This document shows, in pieces, positions 34,019-41,505 of a DNA stretch of 61,524 nucleotides. Source of the DNA: Pyrinomonadaceae bacterium. GTDB taxonomy: Bacteria > Acidobacteriota > Blastocatellia > Pyrinomonadales > Pyrinomonadaceae. The notes beneath the pieces are model-generated. The model was not told the origin of the DNA, made no database searches, and saw nothing but the letters and a program-made list of their open reading frames with translations. The stretch is from positions 1-61,524 of the forward strand of contig DATENQ010000564.1 of NCBI GenBank assembly GCA_035275005.1, read 5' to 3'. Positions within the stretch are counted from its first letter, which is position 1. Every line of letters begins with the position of its first letter. The translations under genes and the position numbers were made by a program.

Positions 34019-35848
34019 AAGATCTTCCTTGTTCTTGTTTGTGATCCACCCATTCGCGGCATAGATGTCGAGATCCGTGTCGTTGTCGGCATCGAAGAAA
34101 GCGACACTCCAGCCCCAGCCCGCGCGGGCTGTGTGGCTGTCTTTCAACTCGCGAAACGTGCCGTCGCCGTTGTTCTTGAAGAGTGAGTTTCCTTCGCCGA
34201 TGGTGGTGCCGATCGACATCCACTCAGAGCCCACCAGGTTATAGAATTTTCTGTATTCGAACATATCGAGAACTATCCAGCGCGTGCGTGCAACGTTGCG
34301 CATGTATTGGCTGACGGTCATGTCTTCGCCAAACCAGCGCTGGTTTGAGTTGATGTTCGAGGTGTAGAGATCGATCAGTCCGTCGTCGTCGAAATCGCCG
34401 AAGGTCAGGCCCATGCCGCCGCTGAAGTCGAGCACGCCTGCTTGCTTCGCTACATCAGTGAACGTTCCGTCACCGTTGTTGCGAAAGAGACACTTGCGTC
34501 CGAAGTCGTTTGCGACAGCAATATCCGGATAGCCGTCGCCGTCGTAATCGGCGGAAGCAACCGCGAGGGCCCAACCTGTGTCTCCTATGCCGCTGGACGC
34601 AGTTACATCGCGGAAGCCTTGTCCATGCTCGTTGTGATAGAGGCGATTGGGCTGCGCGTTTTGCGCGAAGAAAGGAAGGCGCGGAACCTCCGCGAAAGCA
34701 TTGCCGTAAAGACCGATGTAAAGATCGACGTAGCCGTCGCGATCGTAATCAAGAAAACAGGCGGTGACGCTGGTCGAGTTGAAATCAAGCCCCATCTCCT
34801 TTGATTGATCGACGAACTTACCGCCGTCGTTTCGGTAGAACTTGTTTGGCGCGAGGTAGCGAGCGACGAAGAGGTCGTCGTCGCCGTCGTTGTCTATATC
34901 GGCAAAGATGCCGGCGTTGGCTTGGTCGATCCCTTCAAGACCGGCTTCAGCCGTGACATCAATAAATTTGACTTCGCCGGAACCATCGCTCACGTTCCGG
35001 TAAAGACGCGAACGTACGCCGTCTGGGAAGAAGATGTCCTGACGACCATCGTTGTTGTAATCGACCGCGCTTGCTCCGCCAGAGCCGTGTTCGATGATGT
35101 CAAACTTCATCTTCGCTGAATATTTTTCAGCGTCGAGTTTTGGATCGCGTGAGTGTTTGAAGTCGATCCCTGCGGCTGCGAGATTCACTTCTTTGAAGCT
35201 GCCGCCGTCACCAGCGACGCGCAGGCCCTCGAGGGCGCCGTTGGTTTGGACTAGCTCGTCTTTAACGATCTTCCAATCAAAGGCCGGGGGCTTCGCCTCG
35301 TTAACTAGTTGCCAGCGATAGAAGTAGCGGTCCTGAAAAACTGCTCCGTGCGGATCTTTGCCGTCGAGTATGAACTTGACGCGCAGCACCACACTCTTTT
35401 CAAGATCGACACTCTCGATCATGTCGATCTTCGTCCAGATGTTATCGATCGATGCGATGCTGGCCAGGTAGTTGACAACTTCGCCGCGCACAGCTTGTTT
35501 GTCCATGTCCTGCTTGCCGTTGATTACGACTCTGGAAACCGAGACATCGCTCTCATCCTTCGCCGATCCCAACTCCCAACGCCCGCGGCCGGGTGACCAG
35601 AAGCGATCTGAATACAGACTCATCACCGCCGCCGGATCCTTTTTCTCGAAGCTCTCCCGGATCGCGCGCGTGTAATTTCCGAGAAACACATTGACTGCTT
35701 TTCCCGTGTTGAAGAACCTCGCATGCTCTTTGTCGCGGCGGCCCATGAGATAGAGCGTTGCCGCAATCACGGATACGGCGATAACGAGCAGAACGATGGT
35801 TAGCTTCGCCAGCGTTTTGAGGAGTCGTTTTTTATTCGTGCCGTTCAT
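34016..35848 (-). CDS. CRTAC1-family protein 3, segment upstream of the in-frame TGA (TM anchor, NTF2-like domain, FG-GAP/VCBS repeats)
   Basis: ATG at 35848 overlaps the desaturase TAA (TAATG). TM helix LTIVLLVIAVSVIAATLYL. Repeats DYNNDGRQDIFF, DIDNDGDDDLFV, DYDRDGYVDLYI, DYDGDGYPDIAVAN, DFDDDGLIDLYTS, DADNDTDLDIYAAN. Ends ..GWITNKNKEDL-TGA. Confidence 0.8.
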   Translation of the reverse strand: MNGTNKKRLLKTLAKLTIVLLVIAVSVIAATLYLMGRRDKEHARFFNTGKAVNVFLGNYTRAIRESFEKKDPAAVMSLYSDRFWSPGRGRWELGSAKDESDVSVSRVVINGKQDMDKQAVRGEVVNYLASIASIDNIWTKIDMIESVDLEKSVVLRVKFILDGKDPHGAVFQDRYFYRWQLVNEAKPPAFDWKIVKDELVQTNGALEGLRVAGDGGSFKEVNLAAAGIDFKHSRDPKLDAEKYSAKMKFDIIEHGSGGASAVDYNNDGRQDIFFPDGVRSRLYRNVSDGSGEVKFIDVTAEAGLEGIDQANAGIFADIDNDGDDDLFVARYLAPNKFYRNDGGKFVDQSKEMGLDFNSTSVTACFLDYDRDGYVDLYIGLYGNAFAEVPRLPFFAQNAQPNRLYHNEHGQGFRDVTASSGIGDTGWALAVASADYDGDGYPDIAVANDFGRKCLFRNNGDGTFTDVAKQAGVLDFSGGMGLTFGDFDDDGLIDLYTSNINSNQRWFGEDMTVSQYMRNVARTRWIVLDMFEYRKFYNLVGSEWMSIGTTIGEGNSLFKNNGDGTFRELKDSHTARAGWGWSVAFFDADNDTDLDIYAANGWITNKNKEDL

Positions 35849-37389
35849 TACAATTCCAAAAACACGCCGCGGATATTCGCGGACTTCAGCCACGGATTAA
35901 CACTGATACTGTTGCTGAACTCTGACCGCCGGCCGGTTATCTTCCCAGCCACCCGCATCGCAGAAACAATGACCGGCGTGATGCCGCCGCCGGGTTGTGT
36001 CCAATGGCCCACGAAATACAAATTCTTCAACATCCCATTCAGCGCCGGACGGTTGGCGCCAAGTTGATCGGGCGACATCTCCCAGCCAAGCATCGCGCCC
36101 CTGTGGTTCAACGTGAACCGGTGCGACGTCAACGCTGAAGCACTCAGCTTGACGACCACTTTCTCCGTGAAGCCCGGCATCACACGCTCGAGGTTTTTCA
36201 TGATGTAGGCTTCGACTTTCGCTTTGTGCGCGGCCCAGTCGTCGATCGATTCGTAATCAATGTCGGTCAGCTTCTGCACGATAACGATGTGTCCACCCGC
36301 CGGAGCCATCGCCGGTTCGTACAACGTCGGCACAAAGATCTTGAACGAGTTAGTCGCGACTCGATCTGAATCCCATGAATCCCAGTGATAACCATGCGCG
36401 GCGCGCAACACTTCAGTCTCAATTCCCTTCAGACCGACATGGACCAGAAAACACGGATGCGTTGGACGTAACCCACGAATGGAGGCAACTCGATCGCGAT
36501 CGATGTGGTCTCGCTCGATTAACCGGTCGAGTGTCAACAGTAAATCGGCATTCGAAATGACCACGCCGGCACTGACGTGATGCCTCTGCTGAGTGCTTAT
36601 CTCTACGCCACACGCGCTCTTGTTTCTGACGACGATGCGATTGACTTTCGCGCTCGTCAGGATGTGGCCGCCAAGTTCTTCGAAGCGAAGTGCCAGCTCG
36701 TCGGCAAAAGCCTGTGATCCACCACGCGGGTAGTAATTGCCCAGGAAGTAGGAGAGCCTGAGCATGGAATCGAAGACGAATGAAGTGCGGGACGGCGGAG
36801 ATCCCCAGTGGCCGCAATCGGCGGCGAGCAGGAGCTTAAGTTTCGGATCGCGGAAGTGCTGGTCCAGTGCCTCACGCACCGTTGTCTGTGAGTACTGATC
36901 GAGCCGATCTGTTTCGCGCCAGCGGAAGTAGGTGAGCAACCCTGATAAATAGACTTCGCGCACCAGCATGAAAAACTGATCCAGGCTTTCGGCTTCCTGT
37001 GGAAATTCCTGCTTCAGTTTGCTGAGATAAGTATCGAAGTCGGCAGGCACTGCGAACGTGGAACCATCGGGGAAATGAAAATGATCGACCGGATCCATCT
37101 TCACCCACCCGTTAGTTACACCGAGCTCGCGCAACAACTTTCCGGTAATCGTCGCCGGATTCCCAAGCAAGGGGTAAAAGTGCGTTGCAGCGTCGAACGT
37201 AAAGCCTTTGCGCCGGAACGTGCTGCAATAACCACCGACCATGTAGTGCTGTTCGACCAGCAACACCCGCAGTTGTTCACGCGCCAACAGGTTTGCGCAG
37301 ATCAGCCCACCGATGCCGGCGCCGATAATCACGGCATCGTAAGACGCCTCGGGCGAATGGCCGCGCAATCCTTTGAAAAGCCTCTTCAT
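35848..37389 (-). CDS. phytoene-desaturase-family (CrtI/CrtD-like) FAD-dependent oxidoreductase
   Basis: YDAVIIGAGIGGLICANLLAREQLRVLLVEQHYMVGGYCSTF dinucleotide fold. C-terminal LYFVGHWTQPGGGI. ATGA overlap with the upstream gene. Confidence 0.75.
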   Translation of the reverse strand: MKRLFKGLRGHSPEASYDAVIIGAGIGGLICANLLAREQLRVLLVEQHYMVGGYCSTFRRKGFTFDAATHFYPLLGNPATITGKLLRELGVTNGWVKMDPVDHFHFPDGSTFAVPADFDTYLSKLKQEFPQEAESLDQFFMLVREVYLSGLLTYFRWRETDRLDQYSQTTVREALDQHFRDPKLKLLLAADCGHWGSPPSRTSFVFDSMLRLSYFLGNYYPRGGSQAFADELALRFEELGGHILTSAKVNRIVVRNKSACGVEISTQQRHHVSAGVVISNADLLLTLDRLIERDHIDRDRVASIRGLRPTHPCFLVHVGLKGIETEVLRAAHGYHWDSWDSDRVATNSFKIFVPTLYEPAMAPAGGHIVIVQKLTDIDYESIDDWAAHKAKVEAYIMKNLERVMPGFTEKVVVKLSASALTSHRFTLNHRGAMLGWEMSPDQLGANRPALNGMLKNLYFVGHWTQPGGGITPVIVSAMRVAGKITGRRSEFSNSISVNPWLKSANIRGVFLEL

Positions 37390-38597
37390 AACGCGCTCAA
37401 CCCTGGTCTATTCCGGCCATACGTTTCATGTGCAGCCACAAACTCCCCGCTCGCGATCGCCGCACCCATGGAAAGCTCACCCGCGAGCAGTGTGGCGCAA
37501 ATGATTTCGGCGAATTTGCCTGCCTTGCCTTTACCTGCACACCCCAGAATCTCGAGACATTCGCGGCTGGTCCCCAAAGCAGTACCGCCACCCACAGTCG
37601 CGACTGTCAGCGATGGCAGCGTCACACTCGCGTAAAGATCTCCGTTCTGGTCCAACTCGAAATTCGTAACGCCCACTGAAGAATTCACGATATTGGCAAC
37701 GTCCTGGCCGCAGGCAATAAAGATTGCCGCCAGCCCGTTGGCGAATTGGCCGTTGTATCCGATAGCGTTGGCCTGCAAGTGGCCCAGCATCGTGTGTTGT
37801 CGCATCTGCAACAGGTCCTCAGGCGTGACGTGTAGGTACGACTTGACGATGTGTCGCGGCAGCAGCGCGCCTGCTGTCACTTTCTTGCCTTTGCCGCCGG
37901 CGAGCAGCGATCCACTCGCTCGTTTTTCCGAGCTGAAGCCGCTGAAGACGTAGAAGTGAAGAGCGCCGGAATGATCCATGATCCATTTGCACGCCTGCTC
38001 AGTGGCCTTAACGATCATGTTCATCCCCTGCGCATCGCCGGTGAAGTAACAGAAGTTAACGATCACTTCTCTTCCGATCGGGTGACACTCGATCCGCTGT
38101 AGCTTGCCGTGATGCGTGGTGGATTCAGCCTCGGCGCGAATCGAATCGAAACTGTCTGCAAGAGTGATAGCAAACTCATGCGCCCGAGCGACGTTTTCGA
38201 AGAGAAACACTGGGGAGACGCGATTCTCGTCTACGTGAACGCGAGTTGTGACACCGCCTGCGCGCGTCAGTGCGACCATGCCACGCTCATACGAGCGGAC
38301 CAGCGCGCCTTCAGTCGTTGCCAGAGGAACATAAAAAAAGCCCCGCGCATCCGAACCGTTGATCAGCAATGGGCCCGCGACGCCGAGCGGCATTTGGGCT
38401 GTACCAACAGGGTTTTCAATATTGCCGCGCATCTCATCGCCCGGTATCGAATGTGCGCCAACATGGACCAACCGGCAGCCGGTTTTCTGTTCCAGCCATT
38501 GACGCCGCCGTTGGACGTAAGGCTGCGCGTAGCCCTGTTGCTTCATCCGGGGCACCAGGGACAACGCAACCTCACTTATGTTTTGTTCAGTTCTCAT
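37386..38597 (-). CDS. HMG-CoA reductase-family protein
   Basis: ENPVGTAQMPLGVAGPLLING, VPLATTEGALVRSYERG, GDAQGMNM, ATVGGGT, AAHETYGRNR. ATG at 38597 overlaps the upstream TAA (TAATG). No other mevalonate-pathway gene is in the window. Confidence 0.75.
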   Translation of the reverse strand: MRTEQNISEVALSLVPRMKQQGYAQPYVQRRRQWLEQKTGCRLVHVGAHSIPGDEMRGNIENPVGTAQMPLGVAGPLLINGSDARGFFYVPLATTEGALVRSYERGMVALTRAGGVTTRVHVDENRVSPVFLFENVARAHEFAITLADSFDSIRAEAESTTHHGKLQRIECHPIGREVIVNFCYFTGDAQGMNMIVKATEQACKWIMDHSGALHFYVFSGFSSEKRASGSLLAGGKGKKVTAGALLPRHIVKSYLHVTPEDLLQMRQHTMLGHLQANAIGYNGQFANGLAAIFIACGQDVANIVNSSVGVTNFELDQNGDLYASVTLPSLTVATVGGGTALGTSRECLEILGCAGKGKAGKFAEIICATLLAGELSMGAAIASGEFVAAHETYGRNRPGLSAL

Positions 38598-39844
38598 TAC
38601 ACTCTTGCCAGCACGAGCGAACAGCAATGACCGTCAAAACCGACTGAATTAATCAGCGCGGTTTCCAGATCGATTTTCGTGTTGTCAGGACTAATCACGT
38701 CGAATGCGAGGTCGTCATCAACTTGCTCGAGACCGTTGATGCCTGGCAGTACTCCGTCGCGCATCGTTTCCAGCAATGCAATGGCCTGCATTGGACCAGA
38801 AGCACCGAGTGTTTCCCCAAGCATTGACTTGATGGCTGTTACTGGAAGTTTGCGAGTCTGCCCGTTCAGGCCGGCGAAGACACCCTTCGCTTCATGCCGG
38901 TCGCCGGCCTGACTGCCGCTGGCAGACGCACTGATACAGTCGATCTCGTGAGGACCAGTGAAGGCATCGTTGATCGCATGTCGAACCGAAAGGGCGATTG
39001 AATTTATCGCCGACTTCTCGTCCTCGCCCTGCGACCAGTCATAACCGCAGCCGTGACCAGTAATCTCCGCGAGCGGGTGCGCGCCTCTTTCTCGTGCGAA
39101 GTGAGCGTCTTCAAGCATTAACAGAGCGGCGCCTTCACCAAGCGCGAACCCGTTGCGTCTCTTGTCAAATGGAATCGGAAAATCTCCGGCGCTGTGCTCC
39201 GATCGGCACAACAGTCCCGCACGGTCGAAGCCGTAGAACGACTCGAAACACATTTCATCAGCACCGCCGGCGAGGATGGCGCGAGCGCGACCGCTGCGAA
39301 TCACTTCAGTCGCATAAGCAATCGCTTGCAGTCCCGAGGTTATGCCCGTTGAAATGGTCGAATTGATGCCGCGCAGGTTGTGGATGATGGCGGTTTGACC
39401 GGCAGCGGCGTTGATCACCGTGTTGGAAAAGTCCATAGGGCTCGCATAGGCTGGTCCAAATTCAAGCGCGCGGCGGTCAAATTCCGAGATGGTATGCACA
39501 CTACAGAACATCGTCCCGAGCACTAACCCGACTTCTTCCTGATTCAGGATCGAGCCGGACCAGCCGCTATCGTTCAGCGCCAGTTGCGCCGCGGAAGCAA
39601 CGAGTCGTGAGGTGCGGTCCAGCGGGCGCAGGTTTCTCCGGCCGAGATATGTCTTCGCGTCGAAGGAAGAGATCTCTCCGCCCAGCGGACAGCCAAGACC
39701 CGCCGTGCTGAAGAGCTCGACGGGTTTGACTGCACGGCGTCCGGAACAGAGGGAGAGCTGTAAGCTGCTGGAAGAATCGCCCAGCGAAGAGACAACACCC
39801 GCGCCAGTAATGACAACTCTGTTTCTCATCAGTTTAGAGTTCAT
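38597..39844 (-). CDS. beta-ketoacyl synthase-like protein lacking the Cys-His-His triad (chain-length-factor / KS-beta type)
   Basis: Thiolase/KS fold (RVVITGAGVVSSLG, AILAGGADE, GFDGHCCSLVL). The active-site positions read STGITSG (Cys->Ile), SASASGSQAGD (His->Ser) and KSMLGETLGASG (His->Glu). ATG at 39829 is an alternative start. Confidence 0.7.
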   Translation of the reverse strand: MNSKLMRNRVVITGAGVVSSLGDSSSSLQLSLCSGRRAVKPVELFSTAGLGCPLGGEISSFDAKTYLGRRNLRPLDRTSRLVASAAQLALNDSGWSGSILNQEEVGLVLGTMFCSVHTISEFDRRALEFGPAYASPMDFSNTVINAAAGQTAIIHNLRGINSTISTGITSGLQAIAYATEVIRSGRARAILAGGADEMCFESFYGFDRAGLLCRSEHSAGDFPIPFDKRRNGFALGEGAALLMLEDAHFARERGAHPLAEITGHGCGYDWSQGEDEKSAINSIALSVRHAINDAFTGPHEIDCISASASGSQAGDRHEAKGVFAGLNGQTRKLPVTAIKSMLGETLGASGPMQAIALLETMRDGVLPGINGLEQVDDDLAFDVISPDNTKIDLETALINSVGFDGHCCSLVLARV

Positions 39845-41060
39845 ACTTTCTGAGAATCAGCGAAGCGTTGTTGCCGCCAAACGCGTAAGCATTGTTCATG
39901 GCAACGCGTACCGTGTGCTCGCGCGCGTGGTTGGCAACGTAGTCCAGATCACACTCAGGATCCGGCTCTTTCAAATTTATTGTCGGGGGAATGCGATCGT
40001 GATAAATCGCAAGTGCGCAAGCGGCAGCTTCGATTGCCGACGCCGCACCCATCGTGTGACCGAGCATGGATTTGATCGAACTGATGGGTACGCGGTAAGC
40101 CACATCGCCAAACAGTTGTTTGACGGCTAACGTTTCCAGGCGATCGTTTGTCGGCGTTCCGGTGCCGTGCGCACTGATGTAACCGACCTCTTCCCGATCG
40201 GTTCCACTCTGTTCGAGGGCCTGCTTCATGGCGCGCATGGCCCCTTCGCCGTTTGGGTGTGCGGCTGTCATGTGATGTGCATCGCACGACAAGCCATAAC
40301 CGGCAATCTCCGCGTAAATTCGCGCGCCACGTCGCGTCGCGGAAGACAGCGGCTCGAGCACAAGCACGCCTGCGCCTTCGCCCGGAATCATTCCCTTCCG
40401 GTATCGATCGAATGGCTGGCAGACTTCGGGCGCGATCGCTCCCAGTTGAGCGAACCCCGTGTAGGTGATACGAGAAAAAGAATCCGAGCCACCCGCCAGC
40501 ATTAGACTGGCACGACCGGCTCGCAACACGTCGAATGCGTGGGCGATTGCGTAATTTCCTGCGGCACAAGCTGTCGGGATCATGATGTTTATGCCGCCGA
40601 ACTGCAGTTCACGCGCGATGTGCGCGGCGATGACGTGGCTCGGATAGAGCGCCAGAAACTCCGGCCCAACGCGCTCCAGATTCTTGCTGACAAACAAGTC
40701 GTCAAAACGTTCTACCTCGCGTGGCTCACCTGAGGTCGTTCCCATTGAAACTCCAGCCCGCTCGAGATCAAGGGAAGCAATTTCCACGTTCGCGTCCGCC
40801 AGCGCTAAACGGGCGGCGGCGATTGCAAATTGCGATGCACGTCCCAGGTGAGCCGCGTCGAGATTCGAAAGGTAATTCTCTGCTTCAAAGTCATGCACTT
40901 CAGCGCCGCGATGAACGCTGTAAGCACTGGTGTCGAAAGACCTGACCGGACCAATTCCGGAGCGACCTTCGAGCAGATTGGTCCAGAAGCGCTCGCGACC
41001 GGTACCGATCGGAGTGACGACACCGATACCTGTAACAACCACGCGAGAGTGTTTCATCAC
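39834..41060 (-). CDS. beta-ketoacyl-ACP synthase II-like (active KS)
   Basis: RVVVTGIGVVTPIG, active-site PTACAAGNYAI, SAHGTGTPTNDRLE, KSMLGHTMGAASA, AFGGNNASLIL. ATGA overlap with the ACP gene. Confidence 0.85.
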   Translation of the reverse strand: MMKHSRVVVTGIGVVTPIGTGRERFWTNLLEGRSGIGPVRSFDTSAYSVHRGAEVHDFEAENYLSNLDAAHLGRASQFAIAAARLALADANVEIASLDLERAGVSMGTTSGEPREVERFDDLFVSKNLERVGPEFLALYPSHVIAAHIARELQFGGINIMIPTACAAGNYAIAHAFDVLRAGRASLMLAGGSDSFSRITYTGFAQLGAIAPEVCQPFDRYRKGMIPGEGAGVLVLEPLSSATRRGARIYAEIAGYGLSCDAHHMTAAHPNGEGAMRAMKQALEQSGTDREEVGYISAHGTGTPTNDRLETLAVKQLFGDVAYRVPISSIKSMLGHTMGAASAIEAAACALAIYHDRIPPTINLKEPDPECDLDYVANHAREHTVRVAMNNAYAFGGNNASLILRKYEL

Positions 41061-41311
41061 GCCACCGCCAACTCGAGGTGTTGCTGGACGACTCTCACCG
41101 TATCGTTCACGGTGCGAATCTCCGACAGAACTTCGTCGGGAATCTTGACTTGAAACTGGTACTCGGCATCCACGGCTATTTCCAAAATGGTGAGCGAGTC
41201 GAGTTGCAGGTCGTCCTTGTACGACGCTGTGTCGGTGATTTCTTCGGGACTCAAGCTGGTGATCGTGGCGATCGACTTTTTGATCCTCGCCCTGATCTCT
41301 TCCGTGCTCAT
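41057..41311 (-). CDS. acyl carrier protein
   Basis: AGGAG lies 7 nt upstream of ATG at 41311. Phosphopantetheine site DLQLDSLTILEI. 84 aa. Confidence 0.85.
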   Translation of the reverse strand: MSTEEIRARIKKSIATITSLSPEEITDTASYKDDLQLDSLTILEIAVDAEYQFQVKIPDEVLSEIRTVNDTVRVVQQHLELAVA

Positions 41312-41433
41312 CGTTTTATCTCCTGTCGCGAGATGGTATGTATTTCGCACTTGAGTGGGACGCCCGTCTATCGGGACGATGGGAAAGGATTCTCAAGGAA
41401 CTCCATGAGTGGTAGGGGAATTCCCTGATTAGC

Positions 41434-41498
41434 GCAAAAAGGCACAAAAGGCACAAGAATATTTATTTATCCGTTATGTGCCTTTTGTGCCTTTTTGC
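41434..41498. repeat. perfect 22-bp inverted repeat (GGCAC-type palindrome), possible terminator/insulator between the regulator pair and the ACP operon
   Basis: gcaaaaaggcacaaaaggcaca, then a 21-nt AT-rich loop, then tgtgccttttgtgcctttttgc. It starts 8 nt after the response-regulator stop. A degenerate copy lies at 60319..60368. Confidence 0.7.
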
Positions 41499-41505
41499 GG
41501 CTAAT

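Noticed and set aside
37386-38597. An HMG-CoA reductase could indicate a mevalonate pathway island.
   Set aside because: There is no HMG-CoA synthase, mevalonate kinase, phosphomevalonate kinase, decarboxylase or IDI in the window. The gene is translationally coupled to KS/CLF and desaturase genes instead.
41434-41498. GGCAC-N-GGCAC looked like a sigma-54 -24/-12 element (TGGCAC..TTGC).
   Set aside because: The GG-to-GC spacing is 10 nt rather than 12 and there is no TTGC. The sequence is a symmetric palindrome, so it is better explained as a REP, terminator or operator.
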